DNA of 64,000 nt from Podarcis tiliguerta. Taxonomy: Eukaryota. Under the pieces are notes generated by a model. The model saw only the letters and a list, made by a program, of their open reading frames with translations, was not told where the DNA came from and did no database searches. The first letter of the stretch is position 1; every line of letters begins with the position of its first letter. Below are positions 1 through 14,693 of the stretch, in pieces. Position numbers and translations under genes: made by a program. Location: NCBI GenBank assembly GCA_965153285.1, contig OZ229110.1; one strand, given 5' to 3'.

Positions 1-104
1 TGTTACTTGTCACAGCATAGGGCAATTATGTGGAATATAATCTTTTAGAATGGTTTTTGCTTGAAGGAATGATGCTATGTCTGTTGTCGCACTAGTAATA
101 ATAA

Positions 105-265
105 CACTTAACATTTGTACAGCACTTTTATTATCTTCCATGCTGTTGAAGGGGAGCTGAGGCTAAGAGAGAATGGCTTCCCTGGGGCCACCTAGGAGTT
201 CCTAGAAGAGTTGAGAGTCACACTGGGAACATCCTGATTCACAGCTCAGTTTCTCAGACTACAAA
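105..265 (-). mobile_element. Decayed MIR/CORE-like SINE fragment
   Basis: gctgaggctaagagagaatggcttccctggggccacc...cctgattcacagctcag resembles the reverse strand of a MIR-like core. Confidence 0.45.
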
Positions 266-761
266 AGCTCTAGTTCTGTGATTTGGGAACATGCAGGCAC
301 AAGCACACATACACAACCCTATAGTGACATACTTCAAATAATGTCCCTGCATCCTCATATGTCAGATCATCACAGATCCATAGGAGAACCACCTTTGTGA
401 CAGATTCTTTTTAGCACCATCCCTGACATAGCTCTATATGATGTTTTTCATCTAAGCACTTCATGTTTGAGGCCTTTTCTTTTCTTTTTTAGGTCCACAT
501 GGGATAGTCCACAAAAGGGCTTTTCACTTTTCCTGCAGCTCCCATGCAGGAAGTGTCCTTAAAGAAAAGAGCTGATTGGACGGGCTCCAGTGTTTCTTGG
601 GAATTCTAACAGAACAACAGCAACTCTGGTGAATGTGTGCTGTCATCTAGACCAGAGGGTATCTCAGGCTTTGCTCTAAACCTAGCTGTGTTTGAAAAAT
701 AAAAGTATTCTGGTTACATTTTATAGGATAGCCTAACTCAAGATAGCTATATACATATTAG

Positions 762-942
762 CAGAGGCGGAGCTAGCTGCTCCAGCAATTGGAGCGGCGC
801 ACATGCTATGTACCCAGGGGTGGGGCTAGCTGCCCGCAGGAGCAGGGTGAGAATCCCAGGGGGGCGGTGCCCACAACAAGCGCTCCAGGGGATGACACCC
901 AGGGCAAACTGCAGCCACCGCACCCCCCTTCCTCCACCAGTG
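762..942. mobile_element. hAT-like MITE (GC-rich, decayed)
   Basis: Termini cagaggcggagc ... cctccaccagtg; degenerate 8-bp flanks catattag / ggtattgg; similar right end to the element at 35687. Confidence 0.5.
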
Positions 943-2116
943 GGTATTGGAAGTCAAACTGGGATCTGCAAAAACATTTGAAGGCTTTAAAAACCCTCAA
1001 GTTTCAAAAGAATTCTCTAAGAGATGGAATTCACTCTACTGCCTACGACCCAGCCTCCAAAGGGAGGTGAAACTCATCTTGGGTCAAAAGCTGCCAGCCA
1101 TTTCTTTAAAATTAATGAATTCTGTTCTCAATCATGATGTTACTGTTTTATGGAACTATTCAGATGTTCTGTACAGGGATCTTGGAACCCAGTTGGCCAA
1201 GAGGAGGTCATATAAACTTATGATTATTAAACTGGAATGACTATACATTTGACGTCCTTAAAACCCAATGCAAAGTTGTGTCTGCTGTTCTAAAATACAA
1301 AGCTGCCAGAATACAATGGAATTCTGAAACTGGGTATTATAGAGGAGTGGCTAACTGGGCTACAATTCTCATAATTCCTATTATTCCGGTCAGGTCTGAA
1401 AGAAGACAAGATATATGGGTTGACATCCACTGGAAACATTATCTATCCACAACCTCTTACTATAATTCCTCTCGATTACATATTTTCTTCAAACTGGACC
1501 TTTCCCCCTTTTGTTTTTCATTATCATATAAACAGTGACAGATTTCCTCTCCTCTTTAGTTTCCTGGTGTTTCCTAAAATGTCATGTTTATAAATGCAGC
1601 AGCAAAAGTACATTAATTCCTGCTGCCTGCCCCTCAAAATGCAGGGCTGCCCTTTAAATGTGGATTTTACCTTCCCTGCTGTCGAACATAATGATCTCTA
1701 TGGAGCTTCTTCATATCGATGTATATTCTGCATCCAGTCACCTAACCTCTCCTCTTGGAAGCTTGTGGCAAACTCGTGGCATCATCAATTAGGGATAATA
1801 GGACTTATAAGCCTTTAATGAATTGTGTTTCTAAAAAATATGGCACGATTGCTAAAGCAGCATTCTACAAGGCTGAGGTGGCATATGGGCTGGCTAATTG
1901 AAAGATGCCTTGTGCTTCCCACATACAAACTGTCAGTAAGAGCTTGGAAAACAGAGGCCATTCTCTTCTTCACTTCCCCAGCAGTAGCACAGAGTAGCTG
2001 CCACTAACAACAGAATATAAAGTCAAACTTGACCTAAACCACATTCTGTTTCATTGACACTTTAGAATTATCAGCATCCAAACTTTAAATACCCTAATTT
2101 CCTGATTGTCTAAATC

Positions 2117-2225
2117 AAGAGTGGCTAATCTGTGACCCTCCAGGTGTCCCTACCAGCCCCCATCAGCATGGCCAATGGTTGGAGTGATGGGAGTTGTACT
2201 CAACACCAGAAGTGCCCAAGGATAT
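2117..2225. mobile_element. Decayed palindromic hAT-type MITE
   Basis: ccctccag...cagcatggccaatggttggagtgatgggagttgta; same core as the copies at 21565 and 39637. Confidence 0.55.
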
Positions 2226-2834
2226 GGATGCAACTCAATCTCAGACATACTGTGTATACAACTCCTTGATGCTCTTTGGTCTTAGGGGCTAAGTTAAGGT
2301 GAAATGTACAAATAAAATGATGTATGGACATATTGGGAATAAGAAGCCAACCAGCAAATGATATGAGTAGGAACCTGCACTGATAACTTATGCAAACTAA
2401 GCTATTCAGTTCGACCACATCTGAGGTTTTTTGAGGCAGCAAAGGTAAGAATCTTAATTTTCAAAGTTTGCTTGGATTGAGATTACATCCTCCAAGAAAG
2501 AGAGATTTAACCTAAATGGGAAAATCAACACATTCCAGTCAATAAGATGTGTATATCCCCTCTTAGTTTCAAGGATCATGATTGAAAAGGCTTCTGCATG
2601 GGAATTCTGCCATTTTTTCCTTCCAACTGCAGCCAGTTACAGTGAATTGGGTTGCTTTCTGAAGGTTCTTCCCATTCTCAAATGCTACTTTTCCAGGATA
2701 TACAATGATCTATGGTGGAATCAAAGAACTGGAAACCTCCTGAGGACATGAATAGCTCGCAATCGTGTTCCCAAAGTCACTCTTCTCAAAGTTGGAGGTG
2801 GGCATCCACCAACTGACAGTCAGAGGAGGCATAT

Positions 2835-3140
2835 AACCCAGTTACCTGAATAACTGCCTCTTCCCATATCAGGTGTCCTGCATCTGTGATCTTCTGCTGA
2901 AGCTTTTCTCCAAGTGCCTACCTTATCAGAAGCCTGCTATGTACCAATAAAGGAGAGGGCTTTTTCATCGGTGGTGCACTGGTCTTAGAAGACCTTGCTT
3001 AAAGACCTTCATCTGGTGCCTACGTTAGTATTTCAACTGCTCCCTAATATTGTTAATGCTTTAGGTTTTATTTTATATTTCAGTGTTTTATGTTGTTCAC
3101 CACCCAGGAATTCATTGGATGAAGAGCAAAGTACAGTAAA
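2835..3140 (+). mobile_element. L2 LINE 3' fragment
   Basis: cccagttacctgaataactgcctcttcccatat...gagagggctttttcatcggtggtgcac, followed by a T-rich tail typical of the lizard L2 3' end. Confidence 0.55.
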
Positions 3141-5999
3141 AACAAAACAAAACCCATTCCTTTCCCACTTAATAGTGGAAACAAGACTATTCTAGCCCTT
3201 GGGCAAGAATAAACTTGTTAACTCACCGTTCCAGCCCAGTTCAGACACTTATGTGACCATATTTGCATGGTGAAGGGCACACTCCCCCAGCCTCTCCACC
3301 ATGCAGATAGTGTCATGTATGATATTCACTTTCTGCATGGATGCAAGAACACCAATTTGTATAATTTTCCCAAAAAGAAAAAATAGGTAATCAAGTGAAT
3401 CAGGAACCTACTTGGTTATTTCAAGAATTCAAACAAAAATTGCCTGTATTGCAGTAATGTTGTATATCCTTAGAAATGCTTGGTTTATAACAAACAGGTC
3501 ACTTTAAGCCCTAAACATTCTAGAACAAACTGCTGGTTTTAATGTGCAGTGTATTTTGTGAACTCATCAGAATTAACAATAACAATAATAATAATCTCAA
3601 GAGGCCTTTTTGTTTTTATCAGCCTAGCTGCCTTCAGGGTATAAATCTCAATTAGTCTCTTAGGTTTTATAGCATCTTCCGTGCCACACATCCAAGGGCA
3701 TTTATTGTCAGAATGAGCCACAGCGCAGCACCCACTAAAAAGTGATACACTCAGAGCTGTTAGTCCATAAAATTCAGCATATTTTGAGTGATGGCCCATT
3801 TGAGCAAATCACCTTCAGGTGACAGTGAAGCAACCTCATGAGAGTAGTCACCTAAATGTGACTACAGCATCAGTAAACAGAAAGAAAGCTTTAAGTGACA
3901 CAAAAAATAGCCAACAATGCCAGTGCAGTTATTGAATTGAATGGAGAGGCTGTTGAAAAGGCCCTGAAGGACCAGACAAACAATCATAAATGCCGCCCAT
4001 TAGTTCCCTTCTCCAACTTTGGTGCTGCTGCCAGAGCCTTCTTCTGTTACGCAGGATGCCTTGCCCTTCAGGGGAGGTAGCTGAGAGTAAACCTGATGCC
4101 AACTGGCACCCATCCCACCTCCAGCATTTAGGACATAGTGATACCAGTGCTGGCAAACACAAACCTCACCTAGCCAAGCCACTATTGTATCTGTTTGCTA
4201 GTCTTGGGAATCTAGCTCTGCCCAACCCATCCTTCAAAAAGAAGATGCCGACAGCATGTCACTTGTTGGTTCAACATCTTTGCTCACTCTTGTCCATGCC
4301 TTTGGCCTCTCAAGTAACTGCTGATCCTTGCAGCCTGTGACACATAAATGCCATTCTAATTTGAGTTCCACTTCCTAAGTGGGTAGGGAGGACTAGGAGA
4401 GTCAAGTGCCACATTCCCTCAGAGTTAACCTGTCAGGGGCCACATACCAGTGGTGGGCAGGCCTTGCCACCTGCACAAAATCAGCCCAAGGACCACATGC
4501 TGCCCTAATGCCACAAGTTACCTAACTATGTGGTGCCTAAACCATAGTTAGGATTGGCCGCAAACCAGGATGTGAAACCATAGCTTAGGGTGGGTTTGAA
4601 AATCATGATATGTGATAAGCATCACATTGCCACTAAGCAAACACTAGTAAAGTTCATTATATTACTTCATCTTTCAATTTCCAAGAAAGCAGTGCCAACA
4701 TATGCATGCCCTCCAAGCCCTGTTTAGAATCCTGAACAGGTTTGAGGCAATAAACGATAATTAGCACTAACTTCCAGGATATCATCACCATGTCAACTCT
4801 GAATATCCAGTTCTAACCAACAGCTAGGTCAGAATCAGCTGAGAAACAGTATCAACGTTACACACACTTCTAACATCACACCTTGGAAACAACCCTAAGT
4901 TTCAAATCGGTTGACTTAACGTTGCTTCATCAGCAAATTAGAATAGTCACCAGAAATAAGTAAGCAAGAGAACCATGGACATGCACAACTCCTGACTATC
5001 AAGCAATGCCCAACACCAGCTGATTATACTAGCAGCCCATACTGGCCAGTCAGTAACCAAATGATGCTCACCCAGCCACCCTTTCTTCTTCTCTGTAACT
5101 TCCACCATAGGGGCATAGGACCACTCACTTACCACTAAGCAGCAGTGTCCACTTATCACCTTCTGCCTCACTTGGTGCTACTAAGCCTCCCAAAGCTTTG
5201 TCCAGGAGAGCCCACAATCCATTGTATCTATAAATGTATATATGTGTATGATGTGGGTATCATGGGTGTTGCGTGCATATGCTTGCAGGTTTGGTAGGAC
5301 GTGCTTCAGAGCCTCATACAAGCAGGTCTTCTTCATTCTCACCTACATACAATATCACCCCTACATGTGCATGGATGTATTTTATTAGGTGCAGTGGGCA
5401 TTTTCCTCCCCAATAACATAGAGGAAATACCTGCAAAAGGGAGTGTGATGCATGCAGTGGAGCTATTACACAGCAGGCACTCTCTGTAACTATTGCCACT
5501 TATCACTATTCTAATGTTACCTAAGGACTAAATGGAAACTAACTGCAAACTACTCTGGCCTCCTTCAGGGGCGACTTAACCACAGAGCATTAAACCTTAA
5601 GCTGTAACATGTGAACAAACTACACTGCTGTAAAACTGCAATTACAGGCAGGCTTGCACCAAAGCTGCAAGCAAAGTTAAATTAACTGTAATTAAATCAC
5701 TTGGGGCTTTAATTAAATGAGCCCTATCACAATTGGAGAGAGATTCATCCAATTCTCCACTCTCTCCTGCTCTAAGGAGGTAGGTTAGCCAGTTCAAAGG
5801 AAACCTCGCCCTCGCCTTTCAGCAGAATGGGTCTAAAAGGAAACACCAGAGAACAAGGCACTGTCAGACAACCAGCTACTTTTCCATGAAGCATCACTGC
5901 ATTGCCAGTTACTGCAATTGGCCAGTTTTTCTCTATTACAAAAGCTACTGTGTGTCACTGAGTTATCTGAACCTACTGGGCAGGGACAGGGTGAATACA

Positions 6000-6230
6000 A
6001 AATATCTACCTTATGGAGGTCTTTAAAAAAAATAAATGGATATTTTAAAGCATTCTACTGTATTGACTTGAAGAAATTCGATATTTCTAGGAGACAAATT
6101 TAGGAAATGACCAACAAAATTGAACTGAGAGTCTCTATTAAAACAAATGCATATGAGGCGAGGTCAATCAAATTCCATGAGGCAATGAAGCAGGGGTGTG
6201 TGTTTGTTACTCTACATTTTTGTTTGCATT
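6000..6230 (+). pseudogene. Highly decayed non-LTR reverse transcriptase fragment
   Basis: Translates to FYCIDLKKFDISRR (like FIDLxKAFDS) and, downstream, MKQGCVF (like GVKQGCVL). Confidence 0.4.
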
Positions 6231-7324
6231 AGCAATGGAGGTCACTGAAGAAAAAACCCCCACAACAACAAAGTAGCCACATTCAAAGGAACAGACGAAT
6301 GCACCACAACTGGCACATCCACATATCTGCTGGGTTTCGAAGTCTGCCAGGATGACCCAACACACCTCTGCAAGCAATTATATAGGGGCACCTGAGTGTC
6401 TGAATTGAACATTTCATTTGCCACTTGGATGAGATTTTGAGCAACCACCATGTGGCAAGCATTTATGTTCCTCTAAGTACATGAGCTGAGAGAGAGAGAG
6501 AGGGTGGGAGAAGGAGGGCGGAATAAATCTATACGGCCTTCCAAAATGACAAAATCATAAAGGAAATAAAAACCATTTCCTATCTTTCATCATTTTGAAA
6601 GGACAGATAAAAACACTATTTTATCTCCCATCAGATAATGCCTCCTGTAATTACCGCAGTATCTTCTTCTACAGCTTTTGACTTAATGAAAACAGCCTGG
6701 ATTGTCAGCACCTCTGCGGCTTTGAAGTATAAATCAAGTCAAAGCAAAGGAGGGGGGTGGTCTTTGTCCTCTGCTCACATTTTAAGCAGATCACAGCAAG
6801 TGTTCAAGAAATAGGAAACCTTAATGTACTTGGTAATTAGATTTGGAAAAATGATATTCAAGATCAGAGCTAAAGGTCAGACAAACAGCTTTCTTTTACT
6901 CCTTTCTCCCCTACCCATCTGTGCCAATAGGATTTGAGCATGGTGCAACACAGGGAGAAACTACAGAACAGTAAGGGGTTACAAGTCCAAGGTAAAAGCA
7001 GTAACTCAACGGCTCAAAACACAAGGTTGTCATTTTAGTTAACCTTCCAAAAATAATGAATTACACAGTAGAAACATTTGATTCATGTTCCAGCATCTTC
7101 TTGGTTCATGAATAACAAGATGTCCTTGGGTTGCTGGCTTCCAGTATGCCTCTGCGTGTGGCATCTCTGAACTATAAGAGATCCAGGAAAGAACTTTTGG
7201 CATTGTTGCTGTGGTCGTTTTTAGAGCATTACAACAAGCAAAGCTTACTTATGCTTATTCATTTTGATCATTTGTAACATGTACTCCAGTTTTCTTCTAC
7301 CATGGGAGTCAAATAAACGAACGA

Positions 7325-7378
7325 GGGGTTCCCACAAGTGGTCTTCCATCCAAACACTGAACAGACTGAGACCTGCAC
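7325..7378 (-). mobile_element. 5S rRNA-derived SINE fragment
   Basis: ggtcttccatccaaacactgaacagactgagacctgc resembles the reverse complement of the 5S rRNA internal region; too decayed to be a 5S gene. Confidence 0.35.
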
Positions 7379-9925
7379 CTATATATTTTTCTACATGTGG
7401 GTGGCACAAGTTTCCTTTCAACAGGTTGTAATGAAAGCTCAACAGAAGAGAATAAAAATCTCACTCAAGGTTTCCCTTCCACCTTATGCAAACACTCAAA
7501 GGCTGTAAGGGTTTAAAGCAGCTGACAAGAGGGAGATGCGGGAAAGGTGAACATTTGAAAAGAACACCAGGCATTAATACAGATCTTGGTCTGCCAAATT
7601 CATGGGAGGAAACATCTGAGCACCTGGAACTTTGATAGTGGTCTCCAGGAATCTGAACCATGTATATTTAGTTCAGTGTGCAGTCCTTACACTTAATACT
7701 ACATCCAACAAAAATCTGGATCTGGCACCTTGTAATTTTGATTTACTGTATGTTTCCAGTTGTGGTCAAACATGTGCTTAATGACCTGCCTGTGGTTTTA
7801 CACCAATGCACTTACTACTTGAGGAATAAAGTTTGGGTTGCTGGAGGCTCACAGGTGAAAGCTACCTTGACACTCAATTGGTGGCAAACAGCTCTGCTGC
7901 ATGTTCATGCCATTAACTTACCCTGGCACCATCAATACTGAACAAATTACATATGCCGCCTTGGGGATCATTTTAATGAAAGGGCAGCGTATAAATATTT
8001 TCATTACTTGATGAACTAAACCAAAAGAATGGTGTTGTTGAATACATGAAGGCTGTGGTGCTATCACAACAACAGAAGCCTGTGGCTGCCTAGTTCACTG
8101 AACAGTGTACCTCTAACAGTTAGTTGCATATATTAAAGCAAAGTCAAGCTTGAACTATAAAATGCTTGAGATGCTGCTAACAGGCGAGACTTCATGCATA
8201 TTTAGCATATGGTCTCCTGCAGGTGAAAGTCTAGCAAGCACAAGCAACTGACCTTCAGTGAATCCCTTGACAGCCTCAGACTGATCACACCAATGTGGCT
8301 TATTAGGCTAGACCTAGGAAGCGCGGTGTGTGGTCAGACTGAGTAAAGCCTGAAACGAGATGGGCACAGGGGGAGGGGGGGACTGCATGGAATTCTTGCG
8401 TGCTTTGATGAGGTAAAAAGGTTTGAAATCTCCATCCATCACCTAATTGCAAAGAAATGGCAGGGCCTGTCTGCCAGATTGAACACACAACCTGCCTGCA
8501 TGTCTGCCTTCTCATTCATCGCTCGTTCACAGTGAAGCAGAGCCTCAAGATGAATTTAGTCAATTTTCTGCTTGTCCTTTTGTCAGATTTATTCAGCCCT
8601 GACTCACATCCACTCTGGAGCTGAACTTGTCTGGATTGTCAATGACAACTGCTTTTCAAACGCACTTTCCTTAGACAAGTGGTGCATAGGTATGAGCATG
8701 TACACACAGCAAGGCGCATGCACCTGAGACAAAAACACACAAATTGGATTTTTTTAAATCAGCGCCACACAGGATTCCTTGGCCCTAAATTGGAATTCCA
8801 GTTTCTGAAATTGCCAAGACCTATCCAGAAATGAATTGCTGGATTTTTCAGAATTGCCATTATATTTCACAGTTGCAAATAGATACCAACAAGCAAAAGC
8901 CATTAACTTCTTTTTTTAAAAAACCCCAACTCCAATGAAAATGCCAATTATTAGGAACAATGGACAGAAGTCTCAGAGAACAGATCAAATGATCAAAGGG
9001 CAGCCGAGATAACAAACACGAACACTAATGGTTATCATAATTATGCATTAAAAGTTCATCACTGCACTGAAACACGGTTCAAGTCACTCTGCTGTCAGCA
9101 AAAAGACTGAAGTTTGTACACATGCCTGTGTGTGAGTTCATATTAGAAGATTACTGCTGGCCTTCCTGCCAGTAGCAGGAGGGCCCATTTCACCAAGTGC
9201 TGTTTAGAAAGGAATGACCCAGACCACCCAGCTATGCTGCCATTGTCACTCAGTCCACAAGCCCATCAAACCAAAGGGTGGGGGGGGGACGACTATGGCT
9301 GAGTGACAACAAAGGCCTCCTTTTGTTTTTATCTGTCAACATCTATACTGGACAAGCCTTTAAAAGGCAACCGCCTACGCTGCACACTGAACCTCTATTA
9401 TGAACTATTTTCCTTGTCACCAGAATGTTTTTATTTAAAGGTCAGCACGGCACAGTACAATTGTACTTGTCCTTTGGAAACTTGGTATCAGGCTGCTTGA
9501 ACAATCTGACTCCAAAATCAAATTTCTTTTCCCCCACCTCAGTTGCACCTGTGGTGAGAGGCGCACATTTACCTTAATGCACATCAGTAAGGATAAATTA
9601 CATCAGAACGCCATATATGACACCAAGGAGACAAAGTACTATAGTTGAATTAGCAGGGCTCAGCTAATTACCAACGAGTCTGGTTGCAAACAAAATATGT
9701 AACAGAGTGTTCTTTTACTGCTATTTTCCCACTTAAGAGATCACCCACAGCAGACACCTGCAGACAGTAGTAGCGCTACAAACCCCACCAAACCTGATAA
9801 ACTATTCCTGCCCCGTCTTCTCTCAGCTCCACCCATTCAACATTCCTCCCAAATGTGTCACCAAGTTCCACCAGCCTGTCAGCTGTAAAAGCTAATCGAA
9901 ACATCCACATTCAGAAAGAGAATAC

Positions 9926-10000
9926 TTCTGCATTGCAGGGGGTTGGACTAGATGACCCTCAGGGTCCCTTCCAATGCTACAATTCTATGATTCCATGATT
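9926..10000 (+). mobile_element. Extremely 5'-truncated CR1 (3' UTR and tail only)
   Basis: tgcattgcagggggttggactagatgaccct...ttccaa...attctatgattccatgatt; possible gaatac TSD at 9920-9925 and 10002-10007. Confidence 0.85.
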
Positions 10001-10304
10001 TGAATACCAGATGGTGTGGGCAAATAACAGGAGACAGCTCCCTCCTCTACCGGGGATCATGTGTTGCTCCCAAAACTACTGTTGCCCAGGCAGCAAGTGA
10101 GGCTTTTAAAGGGCGGAAGTAATCCAGGATTTCTTCTCTGGTTCAGATATTGACATAGGAATACAAAAGGAAGAGCAAAGGACCAGGTAAATAAATGATA
10201 TGGAGTGTGTCAGCACTCCAGAACAAAGGCTCCCTAAGACTGAATTCTTTGGTACTAGGCAATTGTCATTTTAAAATAGCTATTTTATATAAAAAAGCAG
10301 ACAT

Positions 10305-10485
10305 TCAAATTCCCACTCAGCTATAAAGCTCATTGGATGACCTTGGACCACTCACTATTTCTCAACCTAACCTACCTCACAGGGTTGTTGTGAGAATACA
10401 AAAAGTGGAGAAGGAAGCATGTGTGCTGCCTTTAGCTCCCTCAAGGAGAGACAGGATATCAATATAATAAATAAAATAATGAAAT
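10305..10485 (+). mobile_element. MIR-like SINE with L2-type tail
   Basis: ggatgaccttggaccactcac...ctcaacctaacctacctcacagggttgttgtgag core followed by an (aataa)n tail. Confidence 0.7.
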
Positions 10486-13400
10486 GAAATATATAGACAT
10501 ATATTCACGCCAACAACACAGCGCTTCTTTTTTCCAATATCAGCGAACACCAGTGCAAGACGGTATTAGTTTAAGTACTGTGCAGTCAACCCTATTAAGT
10601 ACACAATGCAGACACTGGAGCACATCCATTTGATAGAGTTTGAAAAATAAATAGTGTAAGCAATCTTAGCCATTGACATGTTTGCAGGAAAAATATTTAC
10701 GTATTTGTAACCTCAGATTGTCTGTAGTAATGGAGCACTGTATTTATTTATAATCAATAACTTGACTTATTTCCTCTATCTAGCACCACATCTTTATTAA
10801 GACAAAGTATACCTATGTCATTAGTATCGTAATTTCTTTTTAAGGATGTGAGGAAGAGAAAGAGAGGGTGGGAAGAGAAGGATGAAGAGAGAGAGATCCC
10901 CTTCCTTCCTACTGCTGCAAAACTGCATAGAGACGCACTATGTTTTATGACTGTATAAAAGGGGGAAGATGTTTAAATAAAAGTTTATTTCTTCAGTATT
11001 ATTCTGCAGGAGTAATAGTAGTGAGTCATCTGCCATTCTTAAATATGCTATCTGCATGAAAATAGAAGGGCATTAGGCTGCTACACTGTGCACAATTTCA
11101 GCATATCCCCTGCCAATATATTTGTTAACTCTATTCAAACACAGCACACAGTGTTCCTAAATGGTGGGCATTTGAAATAATGGAATTATACCGTTGGCAC
11201 AAAAACTAGCAATCTGTAATATTTCTTATCAGATAAAGGTTGTACTTGTATTAGCAGTTTCATGCTGAAATGTTTTCTGAATAAGGCTGGGCTGCCAGAG
11301 AGTTGCTAATGGCTTGTACCCAGCTGCTGACATGGGACTTTTTGGCCAGCGAAATGGAATAGAGAATTTCCTTCCTCTGCCCCTCTTACTATTCTCTATG
11401 GCTGGTGAAACTTTTGTCTCAGACTATTCCTACAAGCTGAAAGCCTCATAGAATACCACTGGGTAGAAGAAGTGCCTTCCTCACAACACAATGCTATGGT
11501 CACTCTACTATGCAGGGAAAGGTCAAGCCTTGTCACTGGCTCCTCTAATCCCTCATCCCCTGGCAGCAATTCGTTGGATCCTTTATTCATGAAGGCTCCC
11601 ATCCCACCTTTCCATCAGCATGCTCCAGGTGGCTAGCAATATCACCGCTGCACACAACAGTCTGATACAAAATGGTAGCAAACACAATAATAACCATTAT
11701 TCGTAATGGAACAATGCAGATCTGGATTTGAAAGCTACCCACTGTCTGGGCCTTTCAGTGGCAGCAGCAATAATATGAAGCATATAGGGATGGTGCAAGA
11801 GATTACGTGATCCGAGATCAAAACTGAATCCTGGTTGTCCAGAAGAACTGGTGAAAATTGGGAGGTGGCCTTTTAACCATCTAGCTTCCCCTCCAAAGCC
11901 CTCAGAATAGAATTCCTGTGCCTTTTTGTCACCTTCAAAGCCATCCCTGGCACCCCCAAGTAGGCAAACACACAACCTCCCTTAGTCCTTTTCTCTTTTC
12001 TCCTCCCGCTTTACCCTCCTCTTTAAACTAGGAGGAGGAGCAGTTTTGGCGAAGAGAGGCAAAAGGATGCCTGGCAGTGTGCTGTGGTTTGATGGACTCT
12101 GGGAGCTGTAGCACAAGCTCCTGCAAACAAACTGCCCTCCCAGACTTCATCATCTCCATCATGTGTTTTGCTATAGGTGGTGGAAGCAGCAAGGAACACT
12201 ATGGGAGTGGCATGAGGGCAACGAAGATTGGTGGAGGAAGGCAAACAAGGCAATACCTTCCAATAATTCAGTTTGATTTAACATTTTGCATGGGTTGCTG
12301 GAACTTTACAGAACCATGAACCAAACCATGGAGGGTTTGTTCATCTCTAGAAATAAAGGGCTGAGTTCGACTTCTTCGACACTAGGTTCTGAGGTAACTG
12401 GAGATTTCTGCAAGAATGAATGGAGAAACAGCAGTCAGTGCCTTAGTGTGAACACTTCTGGGAGTCCAACCAACAATCATCTAGAAAGTATCTGAATAAT
12501 CAAATCAACTTGTTCAGCAACCCACCGACCAGAGGGCGAAATCTTCCACATATTGTATCACATTGACACCTTGAATGTGATTATTACTGAAGTGAGGCAC
12601 TTGAAGATATTCTGCGTATGGAAGTAAGAAGAAAAACAAAGTGTGCATTTAAATACCACACAACTGCTTTAACACAGGTATAGGTTCAATGTGCAATGAA
12701 CAAACACTAAGACTGACACCCCTCCCAAAAAAAGTTAATGTGATGCAGCATGCTTTACCTTCCAGCAGAAGTCCTTAATAAAGACCTCACTCTTTGAGTC
12801 ACTGGCTGCCCTCAATTTCCATTCCACTAGCTTTAACCGAAGCAAAGTGCCATGTAAAAGGCTTTAAATGCCTCCTGGGTGCTCACACAGCTCAATAACA
12901 TCTCTACATACTTATTGTTGCCATCTTCACTCTACTTTTCATCAGTATTTCAACCATTTGAATTATTTGGAAACTTTTACTTTCTTCAGAAGAATCTTAT
13001 TTATGGTGCCAGACTGAGATTTACACTAGACACATTTGTGTCTCTAAAAGTCCAAGCAAAACAAGCTCTGGAGCTAAATAAATAAATAAATTCTGAAATT
13101 CCTATGACAAGCTGGAACAGCTGAAAAGATAAAGGTTATTTGGTGCTATTTAAATTGACCCACATATTGATGACATGTAACATACAGTAAACAATTTTAC
13201 TGCAGAATATTATTTTTAAGAACTTTATGTATTAGAATTACCCATAAGAGAATTTCTGGGATATTTATTTTTCAAATAAAACATATCATGTTACTAGAAC
13301 CTTTTATCGTTCCATATCAGTCCAGCAGGAATCACCTTCTGCTTTGGAAATTTATGGTAAGTGATATTAACTCAATTAGGCTTACATTCTCCCATAAGCT

Positions 13401-14693
13401 ACTATATCAAACTCAAATGTTGCTCATCTTAGCACTAATAACCAGCAATTCAGACATCATTCACATACCTTTAAACTCCCCACTGTGGTGGAAGAGAAGA
13501 CAAGTTACATCTCTCTACCCATTGCCTCCCTAGTCTGATCAACAAACCTCTCCCTCATTTGCAACACAGCTAGGCCCTTCTTAGAGGAGCAGGTGGGCAA
13601 CAGGAAGGAAACAAGCTAAAGAGACCATAGCTCATTGTCAATCATGGTACCAGGGAAAATGCCTGAATGGTGTACATGTTGAAAGCTGCCGATCCTTGCC
13701 TATCCTGCTTTTGTAAAACCAGAAATGGCAGCTGCCAGTTTCTTTGGGAATTTCAGAAGTTCAGGTTAGATTACTTCACATTCTCTATATATACAGCTGT
13801 GGACAAAATGGGCATTTTAATATAACATCCTCTCAGAAAAGACCATTAAATCCAGGTTCTAACGTTGCCTACCTGCACCATTGCCCATACGATTGTGCAA
13901 CACTTGAGGGCAACTGACTCAGACCTTTTGAGTGAAATCAATGTAACAGACTTTTGAGTAAACATGGTTCACATGAAATTCAAAATCAGTTTTGTGTCTT
14001 CTTCCCCTACCCCCTCAACACATTCAACAAAACCTTCAGCACATCAGGTGGCCTATTCAAAAAGTGATTAGTATTCAAATGGATAATCTGTATTTTCTAT
14101 CTGAATGCTAAATGCATTGTGAACATACCACAATCTGCAATTCTAATGTAACCAACCATGGTCATATCATATTTAACAACCTTCTCATTCTACCTAAAAT
14201 TCCATGCAGCCTGAAATCCTGCATATATGAACACTAAACACTGAATACACTTTGCCTATTTTGTATCAATAAACACACTGTTTCTCCTATTTTGTATCAC
14301 CTTTTAAGAGATTCATAATCAGGGCCAATGAAACAGCCTCTTAAATAACAGCTGGGTGAAGTAAACACAACCAAACCTTGCCAAGCTCTGCTCAATATTC
14401 CCTTCTGAGTAACCCCTCATTTCCCAGTATGTAAGATACAGAAAACCACTTTCAAAACTAGAATCGTGACCTCTTAACTCAAGGTGGGGGGTCCTAATGC
14501 AGCTCTCCAGACCCTCTATCTGTTTCTTGCAAGTCCCCAGGCCACTTCTCCACCCAGGCTATACTGACCCTACTTTACCCCCCTATTGTTTTTCCTGGGC
14601 TGGGGACTTAGAATCATAGAATCATAGAATCATAGAGTTGGAAGAGACCACAAGGGTCATCGAGTCCAACCCCCTGCCAAGCAGGAAACACCA

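Noticed and set aside
1000-1530. Possible ancient L1-like ORF2 3' remnants (also about 13150-13480)
   Set aside because: Too decayed to confirm motifs without a profile search.
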